A DNA stretch of 64,000 nt. Origin: an uncultured Gammaproteobacteria bacterium (GTDB lineage Bacteria > Patescibacteriota > Microgenomatia > UBA8517). The DNA lies in contig CAZRGC010000004.1 in NCBI GenBank assembly GCA_964599625.1, positions 11,705 through 75,704 on the forward strand. Reading direction: 5' to 3'. Of this stretch, positions 9,359 to 19,013 are shown piece after piece. The stretch's first letter is position 1. Each line of letters opens with the position of its first letter. The notes below the pieces were generated by a model. The model was not told the origin of the DNA, searched no databases, and saw nothing but the letters and a program-made list of their open reading frames with translations. The translations under genes were made by a program, and so were the position numbers.

Positions 9359-10315
9359 ATGTTTAAAGAGGCTCGTATCAAGCTTACTTCCTGGTATTTG
9401 GCGATAATTATTACAATAAGTCTATCGTTTAGTTTTTTGATTTATACCAACATCAATAGAGAGCTGGTTAGAATCGAGAATTTTCAAAGGGCTAGAATCC
9501 AGAGGATAGTGGGTGGTTTTGACGGTATTTTTGCGCAAATTTCTCAGCCGGACTTGGATGCAATCGCTGATGCCCGTAAACGGATTATTTTTATACTAGC
9601 ACTTGTTAACTCATCCATTCTTCTTTTGGCAGGTGCCGGAGGCTACTTTTTGGCAGGAAGAACTTTGGATCCCATACGTAAAGTTGTAATTGGACAAAAA
9701 GATTTCGTGAGCAACGCTTCTCATGAGTTAAGAACACCTCTTACCACACTGAAAACCGAAATTGAAGTTGCTCTAAGGGATAAAAATCTTTCGCTTGCAG
9801 ATGCAAAAGCGTTGATCAAAAGTAATCTGGAAGAAGTGGAGAAAATCCAAAGACTTGCTAATTATCTTTTGAAACTCAATAAGTATGAATCGTCCCGCAA
9901 AATGGAGATGTCAAAAATCGACCTGAAAGATGTTGCCAATGAGGCAATCGGAAAATTGAAAGTTAAGAAGGATATTAAATCAAGTTTTGTTACAGGAAAC
10001 AAAGATGCTTTGGTAGAGCTTGTTTCGATACTTCTGGATAATGCTTTCAAATATAGTGGACCAAAGCATAGTGTTTCTGTGAATGTAGCAAAAAGAGTAA
10101 TTGAGGTTTCCGATAAGGGGATTGGAATTCCGGAGGAAGATATTCCTCATATTTTTGAAAGGTTCTATAGGGCCGAATCTTCCAGGTCCAAAAAGGACGT
10201 TGACGGATATGGGCTGGGTCTTCCGATTGCAAAAGAAATTGCAGACTTGCACGGAGCCACTCTGGAGGTGGACAGCGAAGTTGGCAAGGGAACGACAATG
10301 CGTGTTAAAATATAA
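9359..10315 (+). CDS. Two-component sensor histidine kinase
   Basis: Two TM segments. HisKA box SHELRTPLT. HATPase_c motifs (DNAFKY, GLGL, G-x-G). Starts 2 nt after the regulator gene. Confidence 0.9.
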   Translation: MFKEARIKLTSWYLAIIITISLSFSFLIYTNINRELVRIENFQRARIQRIVGGFDGIFAQISQPDLDAIADARKRIIFILALVNSSILLLAGAGGYFLAGRTLDPIRKVVIGQKDFVSNASHELRTPLTTLKTEIEVALRDKNLSLADAKALIKSNLEEVEKIQRLANYLLKLNKYESSRKMEMSKIDLKDVANEAIGKLKVKKDIKSSFVTGNKDALVELVSILLDNAFKYSGPKHSVSVNVAKRVIEVSDKGIGIPEEDIPHIFERFYRAESSRSKKDVDGYGLGLPIAKEIADLHGATLEVDSEVGKGTTMRVKI

Positions 10316-10317
10316 AT

Positions 10318-10617
10318 ATGCGACAGGGTTTTTTTCAAGCTTTGGGTGTCTCTTTGTATTGTGTACTGGTGGGTCTTTTTATGTGGAATTTTGGCAAGAT
10401 TGCCCCAAACGATAATCAGTCGTTTTTAATGCCGGTTGCATTTTTAACACTTTTCAGCACTTCGGTATTGGTTTGTGGACTTTTGGTTTTTTACAAACCA
10501 TACAAACTTTTTTTTGAAGGCAAGAAAAAGGAGGCAGCAGAAACTGTTCTTTTTACGTCAATCTATCTTTTGATTGTATTTGTGGTTCTGGTATCTGGAA
10601 TCTTGATCTTCAAATAA
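10318..10617 (+). CDS. Small integral membrane protein (3 predicted TM)
   Basis: 99 aa and hydrophobic. Starts 3 nt after the kinase gene, so probably co-transcribed with the two-component system. Confidence 0.4.
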   Translation: MRQGFFQALGVSLYCVLVGLFMWNFGKIAPNDNQSFLMPVAFLTLFSTSVLVCGLLVFYKPYKLFFEGKKKEAAETVLFTSIYLLIVFVVLVSGILIFK

Positions 10618-10669
10618 TATTCCCAATCATTCGGGATATTATGGACTCCATAAGTTTTAAGATGTAGAA

Positions 10670-11758
10670 TTGGTGTGTATGGTTAAAAATTTGTGGAAAA
10701 AAATTTTGGACTTCAAAAAGAAATCCGGAAAAAAATTTTGGATAATTTTGGCTGTTGTCCTTGTGATTGTTTGGAGAATGTTTTTTACTGCCGATAAGTC
10801 TGTAGCTTTCAAATCACAAAAAGTTGTTAAAGGAGATATTTTGGAGACACTTTCAACCACAGGAACAGTTAAGGCGGATGAATTTGCAAACATGACTTTC
10901 CAGTCTGGAGGAAGACTTTCCTGGGTCAAGGTCAAAAAAGGTGACGTTGTTAAAAAAGGTCAGCCTTTGGCGGGACTGGATACAGTGGTCCTTAACGCGG
11001 CCTATCAGCAGTCAGTCAATAACTACAGAAGTTATCAAGCGGCAGCTGAGAGTGCATTGGATTCGGTTAAAGGACACACAGGCGACGAGACGTATGCCCA
11101 GCGTGCCACAAGAACCGCAGCGGAAGTTGCTAGGGACAACGCTTACGATGCCATGAACGCGGCACTCCAGAATCTAAGATTTGCAAATCTTTATGCACCT
11201 TTTGATGGGGTTGTTGCCGAGGCAACACCTTCATTTGCAGGTGCAAACGTTACTCCTGCAAATTCTTCTTATGTGGTTGTTAACCCGGGAACAGTATATT
11301 TTGATACAGAAATTGCAGAAACAGATTTGCCAAAAGTTAAACCGGGACAAAGGGTAATAATAAAGTTGGATGCGTATCCCGAGGAGTCCATTGAAGGAAA
11401 AGTGGGAACAATTGGTGTTGTTGCTTTTACTTCATCTACCGGCGGCAATGCTTACTCTGTTCGCATTGAGCTCCCAAAAAATGTTGATTTCAAATATAAA
11501 GTGGGTATGGAAGGCGATGTCTCAATTGTTTTGGAAACAATTAAAAACATACTCAAGGTTCCTACATCCGCACTTATAAACGAAGACGACACAGATTTTG
11601 TTTGGGTATGGAAAGACGGTAAGATCTCCAAAAAGACGATTGGAATTGGCGGGGCATCCGACGAAGAAACCGAAGTTAAAACAGGACTTGAAGAAGGAGA
11701 TGTAATTATTACCGAGCCCTCCAGTAAGTTTTCCGAAGGTCAAAAAGTTAAAATTTAA
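10670..11758 (+). CDS. Efflux periplasmic adaptor (HlyD/MacA family membrane fusion protein)
   Basis: N-terminal TM. Biotinyl/lipoyl-like hairpin region, coiled-coil and beta-barrel pattern typical of MacA-type membrane fusion proteins. Sits upstream of MacB-type ABC genes. Confidence 0.75.
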   Translation: MVCMVKNLWKKILDFKKKSGKKFWIILAVVLVIVWRMFFTADKSVAFKSQKVVKGDILETLSTTGTVKADEFANMTFQSGGRLSWVKVKKGDVVKKGQPLAGLDTVVLNAAYQQSVNNYRSYQAAAESALDSVKGHTGDETYAQRATRTAAEVARDNAYDAMNAALQNLRFANLYAPFDGVVAEATPSFAGANVTPANSSYVVVNPGTVYFDTEIAETDLPKVKPGQRVIIKLDAYPEESIEGKVGTIGVVAFTSSTGGNAYSVRIELPKNVDFKYKVGMEGDVSIVLETIKNILKVPTSALINEDDTDFVWVWKDGKISKKTIGIGGASDEETEVKTGLEEGDVIITEPSSKFSEGQKVKI

Positions 11759-11760
11759 TC

Positions 11761-12447
11761 ATGTCTGCACTCATAGAGCTTTCCAATGTTAAAAAAAGCT
11801 ACAAACTGGGCGATGACGTAACAGTTGACGCGCTACGCGGTGTCAACCTTCAAATTAAAAAAGGCGAGTTTGTTGCAATAGTTGGGCCATCGGGATCTGG
11901 GAAGTCCACCCTTATGCATATGATTGGGATTTTGGACAAGCCGACAACCGGAACAATATCGTTGGATGGGCGAGATATAGGCAAACTAAACGAAGAAAAT
12001 CTGGCGGTTTTGCGAAACAAATACATCGGCTTTGTTTTTCAGGCTTTTAATCTTCTCACCAAAACTTCGGCCCGGGACAATGTGGAGCTTCCATTAATCT
12101 ATTCTGGTGATAAAAAAGAAGTCAGGTCCAAAAAAGCGGAAGAAGAACTTGTAAGAGTAGGGCTTGGAGAAAGACTTGATCACACACCCTCACAACTTTC
12201 GGGTGGACAGCAACAAAGGGTGGCAATTGCCAGGGCACTCGTAACCAAACCCAGTCTGATTTTGGCAGATGAACCAACAGGAAATTTGGACAGCAAATCA
12301 GGTGCAGAGATTTTGGAGCTCCTTAAATCCCTAAACAAAGCTGGTAACACAATTGTGTTGGTCACGCATGACATGGATATAGCAAAAAATGCGAAAAGAG
12401 TTGTAGAAATAAGGGATGGGGTAATTACCCGTGACAGAAAATTATAA
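11761..12447 (+). CDS. ABC transporter ATP-binding protein (MacB/LolD-type)
   Basis: Walker A GPSGSGKST. Q-loop. ABC signature LSGGQQQRVAIARAL. Walker B ILADEPTGNLD. H-loop. Confidence 0.9.
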   Translation: MSALIELSNVKKSYKLGDDVTVDALRGVNLQIKKGEFVAIVGPSGSGKSTLMHMIGILDKPTTGTISLDGRDIGKLNEENLAVLRNKYIGFVFQAFNLLTKTSARDNVELPLIYSGDKKEVRSKKAEEELVRVGLGERLDHTPSQLSGGQQQRVAIARALVTKPSLILADEPTGNLDSKSGAEILELLKSLNKAGNTIVLVTHDMDIAKNAKRVVEIRDGVITRDRKL

Positions 12448-12449
12448 CT

Positions 12450-13664
12450 ATGGCACTACCTGTAAGTGAAATAACAACATTGGCATTTAAGAGTCTGCTT
12501 AGAAACAAAACCAGATCACTTCTTACTATGCTTGGAATAATAATTGGAGTATCTGCTGTTATTCTTTTGATATCAATTGGAACAGGACTTCAAAAATACA
12601 TTACCGATCAGTTTGAACAACTTGGGGCAAATCTTGTTGTTGTTGTTCCTGGAAGAGTAGCCAGGGGCGGAGGCAATGCATTTGCAGGCGGTCCGCCTAA
12701 TTTCAATGGAAGTAAGTTAACACTCAATGACGCCGCAACTTTGTCAAGGCTTGGCGGTCCCGTGGAGATGGTGGGAACAGGAATCGAGAACCAAAGCACT
12801 GTTTCTTATAAAGGAAAAAATAAATACACAACCATTGCAGGAATGTCTGCCGAATATATAAAGATAAGAAACATAGATGTGGAAAAGGGACGAAATATTT
12901 CGGTTGCGGATGTTAAAGCCGAACGTCATGTGGTTCTTTTGGGTCAAAGTCTTGTGGATTCGTTTTTTGGACAAAGCGGTGCAATAGGCAGAGAAGTAAC
13001 GATAGGTGGACAAAAGTTCCAAGTAATTGGAATTCTTAAAAGTCTGGGAAGCGGGGGCTTGGGGGTGGATATTAATTCTTTTGCTGTTATCCCTGTAACC
13101 ACTGCTCAAAAAGTTTATGGTATGAAAACTGTAATGGTCATTGGAGTTAAATCCAAAAGCAAAGAACAGATAGACGAAACAATCAGTGTTGTCAAAAAAG
13201 AACTGCTGAAAAAATACAAAGATGACGAGTTTTCTGTGGTTGATCAGTCAAGCCTTATAGAATCAATTAATCAAATCTTGGGAGTAGTTACGATAGCATT
13301 GGGTGGAATAGCAGCAATCTCGCTTGTTGTTGGCGGTGTGGGAATTATGAACATTATGCTTGTGTCTGTTACGGAAAGAACAAGAGAGATTGGACTCCGA
13401 AAAGCTGTTGGCGCCAAGCCCAATGATATTCTTTATCAGTTCTTGATTGAGGCGGTAGCCCTTTCCATATCCGGGGGGATGATAGGTGTTTTGATTGGGG
13501 CCGGAGGCGCTGCCATAATCAATCAATTTGTTGCAACTTCTGTGAGCTTTTGGTCTGTTGCACTGGCATTCGGAGTTTCTGCGGGGGTTGGCATACTCTT
13601 TGGAGTAGCGCCTGCAGCACGTGCCTCAAAACTCAATCCCATCGAGGCCCTTAAATACGAATAA
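12450..13664 (+). CDS. ABC transporter permease (MacB periplasmic domain + FtsX 4-TM)
   Basis: N-terminal TM, a large extracytoplasmic domain, then three C-terminal TMs of FtsX type. Follows the ATPase gene. Confidence 0.9.
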   Translation: MALPVSEITTLAFKSLLRNKTRSLLTMLGIIIGVSAVILLISIGTGLQKYITDQFEQLGANLVVVVPGRVARGGGNAFAGGPPNFNGSKLTLNDAATLSRLGGPVEMVGTGIENQSTVSYKGKNKYTTIAGMSAEYIKIRNIDVEKGRNISVADVKAERHVVLLGQSLVDSFFGQSGAIGREVTIGGQKFQVIGILKSLGSGGLGVDINSFAVIPVTTAQKVYGMKTVMVIGVKSKSKEQIDETISVVKKELLKKYKDDEFSVVDQSSLIESINQILGVVTIALGGIAAISLVVGGVGIMNIMLVSVTERTREIGLRKAVGAKPNDILYQFLIEAVALSISGGMIGVLIGAGGAAIINQFVATSVSFWSVALAFGVSAGVGILFGVAPAARASKLNPIEALKYE

Positions 13665-13730
13665 TCTTCTTTAAGCTTTTTCTCAATTTTGATTGTTAAT
13701 ATCAATTCTCAGATGAAAGGAGGTGAAAAT

Positions 13731-14162
13731 ATGAAAAGAAAACAATTAATTGCAGTTATTCTTGCTTTGGGGATCATCGCCTCTGCAGGATATTTTGGAA
13801 CCACTTACGCTCTTGCTGAAGAAACAACTCCTGGATATTCAACTCTTGTTCAAAAGATTGCACAGAAGTTCAATCTCAAAGAGTCTGATGTTCAGGCCGT
13901 TTTTGATTCCGTAAGGGACGAACGTAAGGAACAGCACAAAGCTACGCTTATTGCAAATTTGGATAAAGCTGTTGCCGACGGGGTTATTACAGAATCCCAA
14001 AAACAAGCCCTTTTAACAAAGATGCAGGAGAAACACGATGCCAGAGTTGCAGACAGGACAACGATGCAACAGTGGTTGAAAGACCAAGGCATTGATGGCC
14101 AAAAACTGGCCAAGTATTTGATGCCAGGTAAAGGGAGACACTTTGGATTCAAGTTTCGTTAA
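13731..14162 (+). CDS. Secreted hypothetical protein with signal peptide
   Basis: Perfect SD sequence AAAGGAGGTG 6 nt upstream of the ATG at 13731. The ORF is open from 13689. Signal peptide MKRKQLIAVILALGIIASAGYF. No known domain. Confidence 0.45.
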   Translation: MKRKQLIAVILALGIIASAGYFGTTYALAEETTPGYSTLVQKIAQKFNLKESDVQAVFDSVRDERKEQHKATLIANLDKAVADGVITESQKQALLTKMQEKHDARVADRTTMQQWLKDQGIDGQKLAKYLMPGKGRHFGFKFR

Positions 14163-14214
14163 GAAGCTTGTCCTTTGACCCAAAAGAAGCTCGACGCATG
14201 TCGGGCTTCTTTTT

Positions 14215-14643
14215 TCATTTAACGATATCCTGTTTGGTTACAAACCCATCTTCCAGTATCTCTACTCTAATTCCACCAATGCTTATCCCTTCAACATTTG
14301 TAAATCTGCTTTTGAAGCCTTTTTTGCCTGATAACTTGTCGGGGCGGTCGCATGGGGTGCAGAGCTCCACACCACGCAACTTTATTCCATTAATTGTAAA
14401 AATTTTCCCAACTTGGTCGTTCAGCTCTTCCGCGGTTATTCCGTCAACCACAATATTCCGTCTTGTTTCTTCGGCCAAAAATTCAGTTTCCTGATTCTCG
14501 TTGGCCCTACTTATTGCGTCTTGGGTAATTATCGTAAGCTGCCTTATTTTGTTGTTGGGGTAGGCACCGTTTAGAATTTCTTCAGGTCCGCCAAAATACC
14601 TGTCTTTCAGACTGTCATCGACCATCATTCCATGCCCTGCCAC
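14215..14643 (-). CDS. MOSC-domain-like protein
   Basis: RRNIVVDGI...GKIFTINGIKLRGVELCTPCDRP matches the MOSC beta-barrel pattern (NIVV...G..L.V..PC). There is an upstream out-of-frame ORF that may be its N-terminus. Confidence 0.4.
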   Translation of the reverse strand: MAGHGMMVDDSLKDRYFGGPEEILNGAYPNNKIRQLTIITQDAISRANENQETEFLAEETRRNIVVDGITAEELNDQVGKIFTINGIKLRGVELCTPCDRPDKLSGKKGFKSRFTNVEGISIGGIRVEILEDGFVTKQDIVK

Positions 14644-14804
14644 CAGCCTGGCAAAAGTAATATTAGCATCTTGCCGCCGCCTCTGGGTTTTTCGGAATCG
14701 GCGGGAAGACTTAGGTAAATACCTGCAACAAATCCCTCTTTGTTCATTTTGAATATTCTACTTTTAAGCGTTGTCTCAGAAAAGTGGTAATATAATTTCA
14801 TTGC

Positions 14805-15290
14805 ATGGAAGAAAACAATCAAAACCAAACAGACGGAAAGAAAAACATAGTCCTTCCTGCAATTGCCGTTGTAGCAATTATTGTTGGGGGGTTTTTATTT
14901 ATGTCAAAGACCAATAAAAATACAGATATTCCTAGTTCATTGGATACCCCAATATCTGCAACTCCGGATGAATCGATGCAAGAATCTACAGGATCTGCAA
15001 ACGCAACATCGGGAAACATCAGGCAATTTACCATTGAAGGAAATAACTTTGCCTTTGATACAAAAACAATAACAGTCAACAAAGGTGACGTTGTAAAAAT
15101 TATTTTAAACAACACAGAAGGCAGGCACGACCTGGTAATAGATGAATTTAATGTGTCCACTCAAGTTTTGACCGCAGGACAAACTGACGAAGTTCAATTT
15201 ATTGCTGACACCGCGGGAAGTTTTGAATATTATTGCTCCATTGAGGACCACAGGGCAATGGGTATGGTTGGGCAGTTGATAGTTAAGTAG
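14805..15290 (+). CDS. Membrane-anchored type-1 copper (cupredoxin/plastocyanin-like) protein
   Basis: N-terminal TM. Copper ligands His (GRHDLVI) and the C-terminal motif YYCSIEDHRAMGMVG (Cys-x3-His-x3-Met), as in plastocyanin/amicyanin. Confidence 0.7.
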   Translation: MEENNQNQTDGKKNIVLPAIAVVAIIVGGFLFMSKTNKNTDIPSSLDTPISATPDESMQESTGSANATSGNIRQFTIEGNNFAFDTKTITVNKGDVVKIILNNTEGRHDLVIDEFNVSTQVLTAGQTDEVQFIADTAGSFEYYCSIEDHRAMGMVGQLIVK

Positions 15291-15326
15291 AGTTGCACTA
15301 TTCTTCGATTTCGATATAATGAATAT

Positions 15327-15740
15327 ATGAATTCCAAATACTACGATTGGATAAAAATATTGGCGGTTGTAGGGATTGGTCTTGCGCTATTTCTTCTTTG
15401 GGAAAGATATTTCACTCCTTCGTTTCAACCTTGTAATATAAATGCAACAGTTAATTGTGACGCGGTTATTTCCGGTTCGCTCGCAGACACACTTGGGATA
15501 CCCACCCCTTTAATTGGACTTACTGGCTATGTGATTATTTTGTTTGCCGCTCTAAAAAAGAATTCCAAGTTAATTCTTGGTATGTCGTCTTTTGGGTTGG
15601 CTTTTTGTTTGTATCTCCTTTATATGGAAGTGGTTGTTTTGAAAGTTTTATGTCCGGTTTGTCTTGCTTGCCAGGCGGACATGCTTACGGTTTTTATTTT
15701 GGGAATTCTACTTAACAAGAAAAAGCAATCCTCCGAATAG
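15327..15740 (+). CDS. VKOR-family thiol-disulfide oxidoreductase (DsbB analogue)
   Basis: About 4 TMs. Loop Cys pair (PCNINATVNC). Active-site CPVC within a TM helix. Confidence 0.65.
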   Translation: MNSKYYDWIKILAVVGIGLALFLLWERYFTPSFQPCNINATVNCDAVISGSLADTLGIPTPLIGLTGYVIILFAALKKNSKLILGMSSFGLAFCLYLLYMEVVVLKVLCPVCLACQADMLTVFILGILLNKKKQSSE

Positions 15741-15753
15741 TTTTTTTAATAGA

Positions 15754-17433
15754 CTACTTTTTTGCGGCCTCAATAAAACCCATAAATATCGGGTGTGGTG
15801 TTAGGGGGCGTGCAATATATTCAGGGTGAAACTGAGTTCCGATAAAAAACGGGTGATCTTCGATCTCCATTGCCTCAACAAGTTTTCCGTCAGGTGTTGT
15901 ACCGCTCACAACAAAGCCTGCTCTCTCAAGTTTGTCACGGTAGTCATTATTTACCTCGTATCTGTGTCTGTGGCGTTCGTATACGATATCTTTGTCTCCT
16001 TTGGGGGCGGTGTTTATTCCGTTTCCGTTGTTCCAGGGAGCAGATTTTTCTTTTCCAAACTTATTGTATATTTCCCAAAGTTTTGTTCCTTGTTTGATTT
16101 TACAAGGCCAACTACCAAGTCTTATTGTGCCTCCATATTGCATTTTTTTGAGGTATTCCACCTGATCCGGCATTATGTAAATGATCGGGTCGGGTGTTTT
16201 GGGATCAACCTCCATTGAGTTGCATTTTTTGATTCCCAAAACATTTCTTCCAAATTCTATAACAGACATTTGAAGGCCGAAACATAAACCAAGGTAGGGA
16301 ATTTTGTTTTCACGAGCAAACCTGACAGCTTTTATTTTTCCCTCTACACCCCGGCTGCCCCAACCTTGGGGCACAACAATGCCGTCAAACACCGAAAGAT
16401 CGGTTTTGCCCTTTTCGTATTCTGTGCTATCTATCCATGTAAGTTCAGCTTTTTTGCCCTGCGTCCATGCCGCTTGCTTAAGGGCTTCTATTACAGAAAT
16501 GTATGAGTCGGAAAGTTTGTAATCTCCTGTTACAAAATACTTACCCACCATGGCAATATTGACAGGGGACTTGGAAGTCTCACATTTTGTTACAAAATTT
16601 TTCCACTTGGTTATTTTGTCATTAGCTTTAGTCTTTTTTATTTCCAATTTTTCTATAATTTTTTCAGCCAGTTTTTGTTCACTCAAAAAGAGTGGAACTC
16701 TGTATACATTGGGAAGGTCTGGGTTTGCGATAATATTCTCTTTGGGTAAGTTGCAAAATACTGCAAGTTTTTCTTTGCGTTTGTCATCAATTGGATGTTC
16801 GCTTCTGGCAATAATAAAATCCGGTTGAATCCCCATACCGTTTAGTGTGTGAGTAGACTGTTGTGCGGGTTTGCTTTTCAGCTCACCAATGTTTTTGAGA
16901 AAAGGGAGGTATGTAACATGCAAATGGACAACATCTTTGGGGTTTCTAAGTTTCAAAATTCTATTTGCTTCAAAAAAAAGTATGTTTTGATATTCGCCGA
17001 CAGTGCCGCCGAGTTCAATTATCACTACTTCAGAGCCAGTGGCTTTGCCGGCTTCTTCAAATCTTTTAATTATCTCGTCGGTTACATGGGGAACCGCCTC
17101 TACATCTTCACCCTCGTAACCAAAAGCACGTTCGCGGTCTATAACTGCTTTGTAAATCTGCCCTGTTGTAATGTAGTTTTCTTTGCGCAAAGTTTGACCG
17201 GAAAACCTTTCGTAATTACCCATGTCTTGGTCTGTTTCCATTCCGTCTTCTAACACAAACACTTCGCCATGTTCTTGCGGCCTAATTGTCCCTGCATCAA
17301 TATTTAAATACATATCCACTTTGACGTTTGTGGACTTGATACCCTTGGAGTTAAGAAGCAAACCGATAGAGGCCGAGGTAACGCCTTTCCCAAGGCCCGA
17401 TACAACCCCACCGGACACGAAGACGAACTTCAT
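15754..17433 (-). CDS. pyrG: CTP synthase
   Basis: N-terminus MKFVFVSGGVVSGLGKG. Glutamine amidotransferase domain with GLCFGLQ and HPE motifs. 559 aa. Confidence 0.95.
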   Translation of the reverse strand: MKFVFVSGGVVSGLGKGVTSASIGLLLNSKGIKSTNVKVDMYLNIDAGTIRPQEHGEVFVLEDGMETDQDMGNYERFSGQTLRKENYITTGQIYKAVIDRERAFGYEGEDVEAVPHVTDEIIKRFEEAGKATGSEVVIIELGGTVGEYQNILFFEANRILKLRNPKDVVHLHVTYLPFLKNIGELKSKPAQQSTHTLNGMGIQPDFIIARSEHPIDDKRKEKLAVFCNLPKENIIANPDLPNVYRVPLFLSEQKLAEKIIEKLEIKKTKANDKITKWKNFVTKCETSKSPVNIAMVGKYFVTGDYKLSDSYISVIEALKQAAWTQGKKAELTWIDSTEYEKGKTDLSVFDGIVVPQGWGSRGVEGKIKAVRFARENKIPYLGLCFGLQMSVIEFGRNVLGIKKCNSMEVDPKTPDPIIYIMPDQVEYLKKMQYGGTIRLGSWPCKIKQGTKLWEIYNKFGKEKSAPWNNGNGINTAPKGDKDIVYERHRHRYEVNNDYRDKLERAGFVVSGTTPDGKLVEAMEIEDHPFFIGTQFHPEYIARPLTPHPIFMGFIEAAKK

Positions 17434-17578
17434 GTCCCCAATGCTATATTAGTAGCAGTTTCCAAGCAACTGGAATTATAAATATCAAAGTATATTTTTT
17501 ACTACTATATTTTTCGTGAAAATGGTGTATCGTGATTGTAGTAAACAATTATCGAACTAAAAACTTCCAAATAACTCC

Positions 17579-18898
17579 ATGCAATTTACACTATTTATTT
17601 CCAATTTGTCCGAAGATGTTTGGCCATTCATTGACACTATGGACAAAAAAACCAAGAAGGTAGAGATATTGGAGAATGCCTATTTGGCGGATCTTCATTT
17701 TATGGCTGGAGCAGGACTGAACAATCTTATTTTTGTAGGCCCAATGCCAATCGATCCTGTTTTGAAAAATTATTATTGTAAACTTTTCGGGATTAAAGAC
17801 ATTGTGGTTCTTAATCCCGAAAAGCACACGGGTAGAACTTGTATTGATCTTCTGAACGACAAAAAGACAATGGCGAAAATTGTCAAAATCACCAAAGGTG
17901 CTTCAAAAGTTAATCTTGTATCTTACTCGTCTACAGAAACATTTTTTAAACTTGGCAAAGAACTTGCTTCAAAGGGCGTAAAAGTTGCTTATCCCGAATC
18001 ACCGGTTAAAGGTGCCGGTTGGACCGTCGACTTTTTTGGCAGCAAGTCAGGAATAAGACAAACAGGCCAGATGATGCCCAAAGGATATATTTGCTCAGAT
18101 ATTCATGAGGCGGCTCAAATTGCCACAAACATGTACTTATATACCGGATCTGTGGTTATCAAAACCAACAAGGGTCATTCGGGTGCGGGTATTCTTATAT
18201 ATAGAAAGGGTGATCTCCCCAAAAATTATGACGATTGCCATCAAAAACTCGAGAAAACTTTGTTGGGGGAGGTCTATTGGCACAAGTTTCAAATAATCGT
18301 TGAAGAATATGTGGATCCGGACATGAGTGTTGGTGGGGGTTTTCCCAATGTCGAATTTAAGATTTCCGAAAAAGGTGAAATTAATTTTCTTTATGCCTGT
18401 GGAAACCGTGTCACAAAAGACGGAATTTTTGGAGGTGTTGAGATTGGGAAGGGTTCAATGGATGGCAAAAGCCCTCAGGAAATGAAAAAGGCCGCCGATC
18501 TTTTGGGGAGGGAGTATAAAAAAGCCGGTTATAGGGGATATTTCGATGTTGATTTTGTTTACGGAAAAGACAAAAAGTTGTATATAAACGAAAGTAATGC
18601 AAGAAGGACAGGAGGAACACACCTTTATCTTATTTGCGCTAAACTTTTGGGAAGTGAGTTTACCACCAAGTACTACACACTTTGCAAGAATATGCACTCA
18701 ATCAAAACTCCCGTTAAATCTTTTGAAAAACTTTTAGAAAAATATGAAGATTTGCTGTATGACCCAAAGAAAAAAGAAGGTGTAATATTCTGTTCCTCAA
18801 GCCTTTTGAAAGTTAACAAAATGGCCTACATTATTGTCGCCAAAAATAAAGAAAGGGCGGTTGCCCTTGAAGAAAAAGTTTATTTACTTGATAAATAG
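17579..18898 (+). CDS. ATP-grasp fold protein of unknown specificity
   Basis: VVIKTNKGHSGAGI (ATP-binding Lys/Gly loop), EEYVD, and YINESNARRTGGTH (E-x-N Mg-binding motif of ATP-grasp ligases). Confidence 0.5.
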   Translation: MQFTLFISNLSEDVWPFIDTMDKKTKKVEILENAYLADLHFMAGAGLNNLIFVGPMPIDPVLKNYYCKLFGIKDIVVLNPEKHTGRTCIDLLNDKKTMAKIVKITKGASKVNLVSYSSTETFFKLGKELASKGVKVAYPESPVKGAGWTVDFFGSKSGIRQTGQMMPKGYICSDIHEAAQIATNMYLYTGSVVIKTNKGHSGAGILIYRKGDLPKNYDDCHQKLEKTLLGEVYWHKFQIIVEEYVDPDMSVGGGFPNVEFKISEKGEINFLYACGNRVTKDGIFGGVEIGKGSMDGKSPQEMKKAADLLGREYKKAGYRGYFDVDFVYGKDKKLYINESNARRTGGTHLYLICAKLLGSEFTTKYYTLCKNMHSIKTPVKSFEKLLEKYEDLLYDPKKKEGVIFCSSSLLKVNKMAYIIVAKNKERAVALEEKVYLLDK

Positions 18899-19013
18899 CT
18901 TTGCCAGGTTTAGGACGTTTTTGGGTCCAAATTGCTTCAAAAACCAGTTGAGCGTATACTCGCACTAAGCACGAGGGAAAATGCCCTTTGATATTAAAAA
19001 GTAGGAGTGGGCT

